Shown here: positions 46,221-55,392 of the stretch, piece by piece
How positions within the stretch are numbered: the stretch's first letter is position 1
How the letters are laid out: the number at the start of each line of letters is the position of its first letter
Virus record (IMG/VR): IMGVR_UViG_3300016665_000824
Span: 1-64,000 of that record
Direction: 5' to 3' (one strand)
DNA from: a virus
Length of the DNA: 64,000 nt
The notes under the pieces: model-generated
Told to the model about the DNA's origin: nothing
Seen by the model: only the letters and a program-made list of their open reading frames with translations
Databases searched by the model: none
Program-made: the position numbers and the translations under genes

Positions 46221-48428
46221 TTATCCCTTACCGTTACTGGGTTTTGAGGTTGGCTTATAGACATCATAGAGAGAGCCAATCTTCCCATTCTTCTTAGAGG
46301 CGTATAAAATCATAGGATCTTGACCCTCCATAGGGGCGAAGCCAGCCTTTTCGTAAATACTCTTACGCTTACTGCCAGCCCCATCTTTGTCATAAGCCCC
46401 AGCCGTAAGAATAGAGTTGTCGGGCATAGCCTCAATATGCTTGGCAAACGAAGCCTTTGTCATGCGAATAATTTGTTTTGCTCCAGAAGCCCCAAGGTTG
46501 GCGGACTCCTCCTTGTTATTGGATTCGTTTATGGCGAAAGAAACCTCGTAGACACTTCCTCCAGAAGCTTCTTTTTTGTACACAGTCGTAAAGGTGTACA
46601 AGGCTGGTCCAACAGAAGCTACAGTATAAACCCCACCATTCTTTCTATCCCTGTAAGTGAAGCTGTTCGATTCTTTGTCTACGTCAATAAGATCCCGACC
46701 CTTAATAGACTGAGTTTTTCTTGCCAAGGCGAGCTTGGTCATTCCGATAAGACCTTTTGCTTTGTCTTTAAGGGCTGGGCTTAAATCAGATCTATCCAAA
46801 GCCCGATCCGCCACTTTCCCCAAGGCTAAACTCTGCTTGTAGGTCATAATCAGTGCAACATCTGAAATCTTGTAATCTTTTGTCGCTTGAATATTGCCAA
46901 TACCGACGACTCCAGCTACCACTGAACCTACGCTACCTGCGACGATCGCTGCCTTGCGAGCGCCTTTGTTAGAAAGTAGTCCGATAGCCTTGTCTACTGG
47001 TGTCTCCTTTTTTTGTAGGGGCGGCTGAGGTATAGAGAATTCCGTTTTTGGTTGTTGTGACTCGCTTGGATTACCCCCTTTTGTTGACTTGCCTCGGTTT
47101 GCAGCGATCGCCGCCGCACCACCAACTAAGGCAGCAGCACCTAAACCAGTACCAACATTTCGGGCTAAATTATTCTCGCTTTTTTTCTCGCCGATCTTTT
47201 GACAGGCGTTTCCACGCTGGACATAGCCTTCCTTGCATTTGAGCGTTCTACCCTTGTCGTAGCGCAAAGATACCGACATACGCCCCTCAAGATAAGACGA
47301 ATCATTCTGTAGATCGGCATCAGTCCGCCTTGTAGTTGCACTTTGATAGATGTTGCTAAATAGGTAAAGAACTTCGATATCCTCGTCATCCTCAACCGAG
47401 TCTCCCCTCTTCTCATTTATCTGGGATATCTTCTCGTTTGTTTTAGCCTCTACGTTTTCTCTAAAGTCCTTGAGTCCACCCCTCTTTGTTGCGAGGGTGA
47501 GAGCAGTGCCAAGAAGAATGGTGTCTCGCTCAGCTCTTCTTAGAACCTTCTGAAAAGGAGATAAGGTAGATTCATTCTTACCACCCGAAATCGACTTGGA
47601 CACATATTCTCCCGCAATGCGTTGAATTTCAGGATCTTTAGACCACTCGGAAGCTACGGATGAGCCATATTTCAAGGCTGCGCTACGAGCTTTTGGATTG
47701 GTCAGCACCTCTTTTGCGATAACCATAGAGGCTTTTTTCTTTGCTTCAACTAAGTTTGTTTCGTTACTAAATTCAGGAGCGACAAAAGTTCCGACAGCGC
47801 TGGCTACTTCTGGCTTTTCCGCAAGAATACTCAAAATTGCGGTAGCTTTATCTCTGTAAGCAGGATTGTTTAAATCCTTGATGCGCCTTTTAATCAATAC
47901 TTGAGATAAATTGTCTCCCTCACTTTTGATTTCACCTTTCTTCTCTTTTGACAAAAGGTTTGCCACTACAGAGACAGTCTTGTTCACCGCCACCGAAGCC
48001 GCCTTTTTCGTTGCGCCCAATATAATCTGATTCTTTTTCTGAGAGATCGCAGCCCCAGTTACCGCAACAACGGTACTGGCTCCAGCCGCCAAATACCTCT
48101 TCGCCAGAGGAAGTCCTTTCTCCCCTTTTTTGGAGGCAGTAGAACTCGAAAGAAGGGCAACAGGGGCGGGATCTACGGCTCTGTTTTCTTGCGGAGATCT
48201 TCTCGATGCGATCGCCGCCACACCGCCGACTAAAGCCGCAGCCCCTAGCCCTGCGCTAATATTTCGAGCTAAATCACCCCCAGCCTTCTTCTCGCCAATC
48301 TTCTGGCAAGCAGCCCCGCGCTGTACATAACCTTGCTTACACTTAATCTTCTTCCCCGCATCTTGACGTAGAGCGACAGACACCTGCCCCTCAAGATAAG
48401 CTAAGTCACTGGCTAAATCTCTCGTCAT
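46221..48428 (-). CDS. large modular protein with duplicated Cys-motif + Gly/Ala-zipper module (735 aa); function unknown
   Basis: two copies of YLEG..SV.LR.D.G...KCK.GYVQRG.ACQKIGEKK ... GLGAAALVGG.AAIA. Confidence 0.8.
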   Translation of the reverse strand: MTRDLASDLAYLEGQVSVALRQDAGKKIKCKQGYVQRGAACQKIGEKKAGGDLARNISAGLGAAALVGGVAAIASRRSPQENRAVDPAPVALLSSSTASKKGEKGLPLAKRYLAAGASTVVAVTGAAISQKKNQIILGATKKAASVAVNKTVSVVANLLSKEKKGEIKSEGDNLSQVLIKRRIKDLNNPAYRDKATAILSILAEKPEVASAVGTFVAPEFSNETNLVEAKKKASMVIAKEVLTNPKARSAALKYGSSVASEWSKDPEIQRIAGEYVSKSISGGKNESTLSPFQKVLRRAERDTILLGTALTLATKRGGLKDFRENVEAKTNEKISQINEKRGDSVEDDEDIEVLYLFSNIYQSATTRRTDADLQNDSSYLEGRMSVSLRYDKGRTLKCKEGYVQRGNACQKIGEKKSENNLARNVGTGLGAAALVGGAAAIAANRGKSTKGGNPSESQQPKTEFSIPQPPLQKKETPVDKAIGLLSNKGARKAAIVAGSVGSVVAGVVGIGNIQATKDYKISDVALIMTYKQSLALGKVADRALDRSDLSPALKDKAKGLIGMTKLALARKTQSIKGRDLIDVDKESNSFTYRDRKNGGVYTVASVGPALYTFTTVYKKEASGGSVYEVSFAINESNNKEESANLGASGAKQIIRMTKASFAKHIEAMPDNSILTAGAYDKDGAGSKRKSIYEKAGFAPMEGQDPMILYASKKNGKIGSLYDVYKPTSKPSNGKG
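47080..47330 (-). repeat. intragenic duplicated module, copy B (approximate bounds)
   Basis: DNA and protein similarity to 48190-48428. Confidence 0.5.
48190..48428 (-). repeat. intragenic duplicated module, copy A (approximate bounds)
   Basis: see 47080-47330. Confidence 0.5.
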
Positions 48429-48763
48429 TTCTTGCTCCGCTTTTTAATCATCTTGCTAATAGCTTCAGCTCCATTAGCCACTTTAGACTCAACCTTGCCC
48501 GTAGCTCGACCCGTGTTAAAGATTGCCTTACCAGTATTAAAATCCTCTTTCAATCCTGTTTTACCTTTATCGGCAAGTTTGGCGATCGCCACAGCAGTCA
48601 GTCCCGCGATCACGCCACGACCAACTGCGCCAGCAACACTCTTAATCGCTGTTTTAAGTTTGCCTTTACCACAAGTAGCGCCTTGAGGGATGCAGTAGGT
48701 TTTACCATCTTCTCCTTGGCAGGGTTTGCCGCGATCGCACGTTGTGTCTAGTCTAATCTTCAT
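48425..48763 (-). CDS. small Cys-knot + Gly-zipper membrane-helix protein (112 aa)
   Basis: TTCDRGKPCQGEDGKTYCIPQGATCG then AIKSVAGAVGRGVIAGLTAVAIA; ATGA coupling to downstream gene. Confidence 0.7.
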   Translation of the reverse strand: MKIRLDTTCDRGKPCQGEDGKTYCIPQGATCGKGKLKTAIKSVAGAVGRGVIAGLTAVAIAKLADKGKTGLKEDFNTGKAIFNTGRATGKVESKVANGAEAISKMIKKRSKK

Positions 48764-50468
48764 ACTTATTTTTCACCGCTTTTTCCACCGCAAGTCTGGC
48801 TGCAATACCAATCGCGATCTTAACTATGGGATGAGAACCTTCTGCGTAAGAAGGAGAGGCTTTTTGTAACGCTGCAAATGAAGCTTTCGTGCCTACATAT
48901 TGCGTTGCCGCGTCAGAAAACATCAATAGCGCAGTTTTTTCTGTCTGACCTAACGAGGAGTCGGACAACGTTCTCTCTGTCGCATCACGAGCAACTTTAC
49001 CTCCAAAGGCTCCAACCAAACTAGAACCAATCTCATATCCAAGCATCTTGAGTTTGTCTTTTTCTTGCCTCCCAATCGATTTTAAGGTGACAAAATCGCC
49101 CACTTGCTGGACAAAGTTCTTTTTCGCTTGCGGAGTTTGAATCATGGCTTGGAGGCTTCTGCCTGCGCTTGAATTGCGGAGTTTTCCAATAGAGCGGGTT
49201 AAGCGATCTCCTAGTCCGCCCCTTCCTTTTACTGTGGATAGAATAGCCTCCCCGACCTGCATCCCGTCCCTAGCCTTCTGCCTTAAGTCGTGTTGCTTCC
49301 CCTTAGGGGCATTAGCGATTAGGGCTAGCGTAGTCGCCGAGGCTGCTGCTACCCCTATTGTTGCCAAGGTTCTTGAGGAAATAAAAGGTTTTCTCTTTTC
49401 TGACCCGCAGGTTGCGTTTTTTGGGATACAGTAAGTCTGACCGTCCTCGCCCTTGCACGGCTTTCCGCGATCGCAGGTAGAATCTATTCTATTTTGAATA
49501 GATCTTGTTTTTTTGTAGATGTATCCGCTAGTCCTCCCCGTCTTAGATCTCAAAAAAGAATCTGTTTCTGTACTGATTTTGCGTGCAAACCCCTGATAAT
49601 CCTGAAAACGATCGGTCACAGTTCTGGGTTGCTTGTCCTGCCATTTTTCTGTTAATTGCCTGTTTAGATTGGCGTGAACGTCAGCCAACTCTTTAGCTAG
49701 TGAGCTACTAGGAGAAAATGCCCCCTCTCTTTTAGCCTGTAATACAGAGGTGGTTTCCGCTCCAGTCGCACGAATTTCTTTGATGTTACTAAAAAACGCT
49801 CCTACTTTTAAGTCGGCGGGACTAAAGGCTGACGTATCTCCAACCCCAGCAATATCTGGGTGATTGTGAGTCATCAGTACTGTGTTTTTTGCGGCTTTTT
49901 GATTATACGCATCGGTTATTCCAAGAGAGACCGAGCCTATCTGCCCTTTTCTGATCAGTGAAGGCTTGCCATCCACGTCAAAAGCAAAAAGAGTCTCGAA
50001 ATCATTATGCTGGATCTTTCTTTCTGCCGCGTAAACACTAATTGCAAGTTCTTTGGGGAGGTGGCTATATGCAGGAGCATCTCTTGCGGGAATGCCATTC
50101 TTGGCTACGTCTTCTCGTTCTTTCGCAAACTCCTTATAGGTTTCAACATCATCAAGCTTCTCTCTTATAACCTTATTGGCAATCATGGCTCCCACCCCCA
50201 GCGCTAAAAACTTAGCCGCCGCCTGAGGATCTTTAGAAGCTAATGCGGCTCCTGCCGCTAGTACAGTCAGTTTTGCAAGAGTTCCAGTTCCATCGCCCTT
50301 ACTAGCTGTGGATAGGGAACCAGTTCTAGATATCGGATGACAGGCGGAGCCTCTTTGGACATAACCTTGCCGACAATTGATTTTTTTGTACTCATCCCGC
50401 CTCTCCACATATCGCGATCGCGACAGTAGATACCCCATTTCGTACTCGTTCTTGTTATCTAGTCTCAC
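48753..50468 (-). CDS. large modular protein (571 aa) with N-terminal Cys/Gly-zipper module, a second 4-Cys motif, and an HNHP...SPAD motif
   Basis: GTG start in GTGA overlap with upstream stop; shares modules with 735-aa and 112-aa proteins. Confidence 0.75.
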   Translation of the reverse strand: MRLDNKNEYEMGYLLSRSRYVERRDEYKKINCRQGYVQRGSACHPISRTGSLSTASKGDGTGTLAKLTVLAAGAALASKDPQAAAKFLALGVGAMIANKVIREKLDDVETYKEFAKEREDVAKNGIPARDAPAYSHLPKELAISVYAAERKIQHNDFETLFAFDVDGKPSLIRKGQIGSVSLGITDAYNQKAAKNTVLMTHNHPDIAGVGDTSAFSPADLKVGAFFSNIKEIRATGAETTSVLQAKREGAFSPSSSLAKELADVHANLNRQLTEKWQDKQPRTVTDRFQDYQGFARKISTETDSFLRSKTGRTSGYIYKKTRSIQNRIDSTCDRGKPCKGEDGQTYCIPKNATCGSEKRKPFISSRTLATIGVAAASATTLALIANAPKGKQHDLRQKARDGMQVGEAILSTVKGRGGLGDRLTRSIGKLRNSSAGRSLQAMIQTPQAKKNFVQQVGDFVTLKSIGRQEKDKLKMLGYEIGSSLVGAFGGKVARDATERTLSDSSLGQTEKTALLMFSDAATQYVGTKASFAALQKASPSYAEGSHPIVKIAIGIAARLAVEKAVKNKYED

Positions 50469-53083
50469 TGGCTTTGCTTCCTCGCTTTACGGCGTTGAGT
50501 TAATGTTGCATTGAGTTTTTTGGCGATCGCGTCAGCAGCATTTACCGACAGGTAATCCACTGCGCTGCCGTTAGTTCCTGAGAAGCTATCGGGGTTTTTG
50601 CCCTTGAATGGAGTTCGACTCCAGAGATCGCCGTCCGACCACAGATCGGTCTTTGGAGTTTTTAGCAGATCTGTATCTACTTTTTTCTTATCTACCTTCT
50701 CTCCCCCAAAACCCAGCTCAGGAGTTCCCAAAGTAACAAGGTGAATTTGTTTAGCAATATAAGTCCCAGCAACATTTCCTTGCGAACCTGTTTTTTGCAT
50801 TGACTCCAAGATGTCCAAAGCCCTTTTTGCTGTTTCTCCACCTTGCTTTAGCCCAATAACAGAAATAGCTGGGTATTCAGTTGAGCTTCCCTCGTATGAG
50901 CTGTTTCCGATAGCGTAAAGTTCCGCAGCCAACTTTACAGCTTCAGGGTCTCGTCCCGCTTTGAGGGTCTTACTCATCACGGCTTCGTAGCTTCTTGCCA
51001 TAGTGTCAATAACACCCATAACCCTGCCCCTAGACTGAGGCGGGAGGGTTCGATCAAAAGAAACCACGTCGCTTTGATCGTAGAAGTCTTTCTCTGCTTG
51101 AGACTGAAGCTTTGATCCGTTACTTTTAATTGATTTGCCCAGAACATCGCTAGGAGTTTCTCCATCTCCTATTGCGATAATGACGCTGGGATTTATTGGG
51201 GTAGGCAAAGTCGTTCGTCCACTTGCTACAATCTCTTGAGCCTCAAGAGCAGACTTCGCTATATTGTTGTTGTATTTAACCCTCGCAGCCACAGCAGCAG
51301 TCACCGTTACTTGACCAAGTACGGCTACAGTATTAATCGCTGCTGCTGTGGGATTGTCTTGATATTTATCCTTGATCGCAGAAACCAGATTCCACGTCTT
51401 TCCTAGCGTTGGGTTTACCGCAGTGATCGCCGCCGCTATTTCTTTTGCCCCCTTGTCGCTAGACTTGCTTCCCGCAACAGAATTAGAGAAAAATCCAAAC
51501 GTCTCGCGGATTTTATCTCTGACCGTGCTATCGGTTAAGTAGTCCTCAATCTCATGCCCCTTGACCGAGCTGACAAACTGCGAAAACCTCTTAGGCAGGA
51601 TTGAGAAAGGATCGTTTTTGGAGGTAATAGTGCGGTTGTTAATGTTCGCCCAGTTCTTGTCGTCTTGAGTTGTGCCACCCGTCAAACCGAAGGATGCACC
51701 GCCAAGTCTGGCGATATTGAGGCGCTTCAGAACTTCTCCACCATCAAGCCCCCTAGCAGGCTTGATCCGACTCAAAATTTCGGCAGCTTCATCAACAACG
51801 TTGCCCCCAGAACCGTGACTAACTACGTTCAAAGGCTTGTCACGATACTTAGAGCCATAAGCATACAATTTAGAAGCCAGATCCACCGCAGCTTCGTTTC
51901 TGCCACCGACAATATTGCTTAGATATTTGCCAAAACTTTCTTTAGCTACATACCCCAGATACAAGGGATTGTAGTTCCCGTTTTTATCCTTTGGGAGAAT
52001 ATCGGTTGGAGGAACATTAAACTCCGAATTGTTGAAGGGGATGACCTGCTGGGTCTTGTTAAACCACTGTTCCCGTTTTGAAGTGTCAAGCGGAGTTTTT
52101 AAATATTCAGCGAGCTTATCACCAGAAGAGCCAAGGTTGGAAAATCCTCCTACAGCAAAAGTTAGTTGAGGTTTGGAGGTTGGCTCGACAGGAGTAGTTT
52201 GTGCTCTTTGGTACGCCATTAGCGCCGATTCAGGCAAGCCTTCTTTGTAGCGATCGCGAGCGGTCATCATTACCGATGAGGGAATGCCCAGCAGTACGCT
52301 TGCCGCTAATATGCCTGCCGCAGGGCGATTGTCTCCAAAAAACTTGCTAATCTTTTCGATATCTTTCCATGCGCCAGCAACGGGTTGGGGTAGCAAACTC
52401 TTAAGAGCTTTCTTGCTAGACTCTGCGCGATTCAAGCCTTCACGAACAATCTTCTGGCGATCGGGATTGGCTTTTTGCAGGCGAATTGATTCTCGCAATT
52501 GAGCCTGACTCATATACGAGTAGCGATACACGCCTCGTTTGCGAGCTTCTTCCTTTAATTCCCGAATATTCTTGTTATCAAGATCGTCCTCAACTGGGGC
52601 AACGCCAACAAATTTCGCTTTTTGAACTTGGTTTACCGCATCATTCAGATCGGAAATCTCTTGTCTATTTAAAGCTTCAGGAACGTCAATACGGCAGGTG
52701 TCCGTCTTTGCAATACAAGCGCCTTTGCAGGATAGTCCAACCTTACAGTTCTTGGGCTTAGAAATTTTATCGGTACGTTGACCGATATTGTTTGCATAAG
52801 CAAGTAAGTACTGATCTGCGTCAGTATCTACTGCATCAGTGCGACCATCCTGTACCTGCTTATACTCAATGCGATCTCCTAATTCCAGCCGAATCAGCTT
52901 TTGATCCTTGTCATCATCACGAAACAGACAAGTGATAAGCCCGTCATTACCGATATTGATATTAAGGATCTGATCGATACTCCCGTAGGCGCGAGAAATA
53001 ATGCGAGTTAATAGCCTCGCAATCGTTCTTCTTGCGGCGAGAGGATCTGTGGTTTGAATTGGTGGTGGTGCGATCGCGTACAT
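50465..53083 (-). CDS. large modular protein (872 aa) with N-terminal Cys motif; function unknown
   Basis: N-terminus ...NCKVGLSCKGACIAKTDTCRID; Ala/Val-rich hydrophobic segment; VSHGSGG motif mid-protein. Confidence 0.75.
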   Translation of the reverse strand: MYAIAPPPIQTTDPLAARRTIARLLTRIISRAYGSIDQILNINIGNDGLITCLFRDDDKDQKLIRLELGDRIEYKQVQDGRTDAVDTDADQYLLAYANNIGQRTDKISKPKNCKVGLSCKGACIAKTDTCRIDVPEALNRQEISDLNDAVNQVQKAKFVGVAPVEDDLDNKNIRELKEEARKRGVYRYSYMSQAQLRESIRLQKANPDRQKIVREGLNRAESSKKALKSLLPQPVAGAWKDIEKISKFFGDNRPAAGILAASVLLGIPSSVMMTARDRYKEGLPESALMAYQRAQTTPVEPTSKPQLTFAVGGFSNLGSSGDKLAEYLKTPLDTSKREQWFNKTQQVIPFNNSEFNVPPTDILPKDKNGNYNPLYLGYVAKESFGKYLSNIVGGRNEAAVDLASKLYAYGSKYRDKPLNVVSHGSGGNVVDEAAEILSRIKPARGLDGGEVLKRLNIARLGGASFGLTGGTTQDDKNWANINNRTITSKNDPFSILPKRFSQFVSSVKGHEIEDYLTDSTVRDKIRETFGFFSNSVAGSKSSDKGAKEIAAAITAVNPTLGKTWNLVSAIKDKYQDNPTAAAINTVAVLGQVTVTAAVAARVKYNNNIAKSALEAQEIVASGRTTLPTPINPSVIIAIGDGETPSDVLGKSIKSNGSKLQSQAEKDFYDQSDVVSFDRTLPPQSRGRVMGVIDTMARSYEAVMSKTLKAGRDPEAVKLAAELYAIGNSSYEGSSTEYPAISVIGLKQGGETAKRALDILESMQKTGSQGNVAGTYIAKQIHLVTLGTPELGFGGEKVDKKKVDTDLLKTPKTDLWSDGDLWSRTPFKGKNPDSFSGTNGSAVDYLSVNAADAIAKKLNATLTQRRKARKQSQ

Positions 53084-53085
53084 GA

Positions 53086-54492
53086 CTATTTTTTAGCTTG
53101 CTTCTGGTTTTCTTCTTCCGCCTTGTTTATGGCGTGGGCTGCGAGAGCTAGAGATCCAGCAGTTGCCGCAACGTTCGCTCCGATCGCGCCAGCAACAGAT
53201 GCTCCGCGACCATGACCACGCGATCGTAAAGCTCTGTAAGTGCCGCTACCGATCGGCCCAGCCAGCGCCTGTACCGCCCCCTTTCCAAAAGCTTTGGCAG
53301 TCTCCCCAGCACAATTCTTTTCTTGAGGAATACAGATCTTTCCGCAAGGCTTAGTACCTGAACCGCACTTTGCGTCTTCACGAAGCTGCTCGACGAATGA
53401 GTCGATGCGCTCATCTAAGGATTCGTATCGACGACTTGTTTTATTCCACACTCTATTTGTAGTCATATTCGCTCTTCTAATTCGTTTTGGCATCTCCCTC
53501 CGAGTTGTTTTAACCTCAGATGCTTTTACGTCTACCGTATTATTCTTGTCAACAAAAGTCTGCATAAAACTTCTAGCGAAATTGTCTACGGCGTTAAGAG
53601 TTGATCGGGTGGTAGATCCCGCCTTTTTTGCCGCCTCGTTTAGGTCGATAGTTTTGTCGGCAAGATTCTTCCTCGCGACGCGATCGCGTTCTAGCCTTTC
53701 TTTTGTTTTTCGATACAACTTACCCGCCGCCGCACCTGCGGAACCAGCAGCTCTTGTTAATAGTGGCTTCTGAGGTTCGGCGATCGCACTACCACTACTC
53801 TTGCCCGATTCACTCGCAGCAATAGTTAATCCACCAGTAGATACCTTGGAAGCAGGAGGGTTGTATGGCAGTCGAGTTGGAGGTGGGGGTGTAGGAGTTT
53901 CAGGTTTATTGACGGGGACTAGTGCTCCACCGATTTCTGGCTTGGGCTTGGGTGATGGAAGGCGATCGGGCGGGGCTAGCCTCCTGCTTTCTATCTCGCC
54001 TTGCCGAGCTGCTTCTCGCTCAAGATCTTTCTTAGCCTTATATCGAAAATACTCCTCTTCTGCCGCAGCTTCCTCTGCTCTCCACCGCGCCCTCCGAGTT
54101 TCGCTATCCTTTTCGCCAGCCTTGTTTGCGCCCTTCTCGATAATGGGGCGAAGACCTACGGTGATGGCTTTATTCGCAATTACACCTGCGCCGAGTGATG
54201 CGGCAGTTCCACCGACCTTGATCGCCGCTTTCTTAGCAAACTCACCAACCTTATTGGGAGGTGACTGAGGAAGTATAGAAGCAGGCTCCGTCACAGGGAT
54301 AGGCTTCTGTTCTTCTGGCTTCTTCCTTAGCGCGATCGCTGCTGCCCCCAACCCACCCAAGGCAAGTGCAGCGCCAACACCCGCAGCCCCTTTCTTTGCT
54401 GCACTGGCATTGCGGAAGTATGAATAAGCCTTACGTCCATTTTGCGCTGGGACTTTAACTTCTACCTGTGCGTCCTGTCTTTCAGTACTCAT
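53086..54492 (-). CDS. modular protein (468 aa) with Gly/Ala-zipper helix, Pro-rich linker and C-terminal Cys motif
   Basis: GAAGVGAALALGGLGAAAIA near N-terminus; PSPKPKPE...PETPTPPPPTRLP linker; CGSGTKPCGKICIPQEKNCAG; ATGA coupling. Confidence 0.75.
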   Translation of the reverse strand: MSTERQDAQVEVKVPAQNGRKAYSYFRNASAAKKGAAGVGAALALGGLGAAAIALRKKPEEQKPIPVTEPASILPQSPPNKVGEFAKKAAIKVGGTAASLGAGVIANKAITVGLRPIIEKGANKAGEKDSETRRARWRAEEAAAEEEYFRYKAKKDLEREAARQGEIESRRLAPPDRLPSPKPKPEIGGALVPVNKPETPTPPPPTRLPYNPPASKVSTGGLTIAASESGKSSGSAIAEPQKPLLTRAAGSAGAAAGKLYRKTKERLERDRVARKNLADKTIDLNEAAKKAGSTTRSTLNAVDNFARSFMQTFVDKNNTVDVKASEVKTTRREMPKRIRRANMTTNRVWNKTSRRYESLDERIDSFVEQLREDAKCGSGTKPCGKICIPQEKNCAGETAKAFGKGAVQALAGPIGSGTYRALRSRGHGRGASVAGAIGANVAATAGSLALAAHAINKAEEENQKQAKK

Positions 54493-54875
54493 CTGTTTGG
54501 CATCCTCGTTAAAATAATTTCCCAGCTAAAACTTTTGTTCTCAATAGTCCCCATTACCTCATTACACTTGATCGAACCATCGACAATGTAATACTTGCCC
54601 TTGCCCGTAAGCTGAGCCTCGGTGTATGCCGCAGATATACCGCTCACCTGATAGTCGTCAATACCAACCTTGATATTAGTGCTTTCAAACAAGGCGACAG
54701 TACGAGGGTTAACCCGTAGAATCGTGGGGTGAGGCAATATCTCTAGCCTTGTTTCTCCCGACGTAGTGCGAGTCACTACTGTTAATGGCAGCACATTAGG
54801 CGCACCGATCGCATCTCCTGCTAGGCGATCGCGCAGTGGTTGAAGTTTGGCAATAATCTTTGAGGCTAGTGACAT
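54489..54875 (-). CDS. hypothetical head-tail region protein (128 aa)
   Basis: ORF. Confidence 0.6.
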   Translation of the reverse strand: MSLASKIIAKLQPLRDRLAGDAIGAPNVLPLTVVTRTTSGETRLEILPHPTILRVNPRTVALFESTNIKVGIDDYQVSGISAAYTEAQLTGKGKYYIVDGSIKCNEVMGTIENKSFSWEIILTRMPNR

Positions 54876-54902
54876 ATCGCTATTGTTTGATGCTCACAAG
54901 CA

Positions 54903-54939
54903 AACAGGCGATCGCTTGATGAATTAGCGATCGCCTGTT
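54903..54939 (-). terminator. 13-bp perfect stem hairpin built from two HIP1 sites (intra-operon attenuator candidate)
   Basis: AACAGGCGATCGC ttgatgaatta GCGATCGCCTGTT. Confidence 0.45.
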
Positions 54940-54968
54940 AGATCTCCTTGTACACATGGCACATGAGG

Positions 54969-55388
54969 CTAGAAGGCAATGAATGGTGGCACGGCAGGGA
55001 TACTGTCACCCATAAAACCGCCCGTTAGAACCAATTCCTTAAGCATTAGAAATTGCTGCCCATAGGTGGTTCGAGATAGATACACATCGGAGAATCTGCC
55101 ATTACCGTTTGCGGGGGTGGAGGTTCTCCGATTAGACATAGACTCACCAGTGTCGATCGCCTTAGCATTTGACACAGTGACAGTACCTTCCTCGGTATTG
55201 AGCGCCAAATAGTGAGCAGTCAGCAACATTACCGCCATTTCCGCATTGTCACCCCACTCTTCAATCGAGCAAAACCGCGAATAGAAATTCAGCCAGTTCT
55301 GGATAAAGATCAGCGACTCCCCAACAAAGTCAGAGAATGCTGCCTCGGAAGTGAAAGTATCTGCGGAAACGACGGGGTATGTTGCCAT
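54969..55388 (-). CDS. putative head-tail connector/adaptor-like protein (139 aa)
   Basis: size and position; ...MAVMLLTAHYLAL segment resembles phage head-tail adaptor families (weak). Confidence 0.55.
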   Translation of the reverse strand: MATYPVVSADTFTSEAAFSDFVGESLIFIQNWLNFYSRFCSIEEWGDNAEMAVMLLTAHYLALNTEEGTVTVSNAKAIDTGESMSNRRTSTPANGNGRFSDVYLSRTTYGQQFLMLKELVLTGGFMGDSIPAVPPFIAF

Positions 55389-55392
55389 GTAT

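Noticed and set aside
53801-54268. 155-aa + strand ORF inside the 468-aa island gene
   Set aside because: Antisense reading of the Pro/Gly/Ala-rich linker region; low-complexity artefact.
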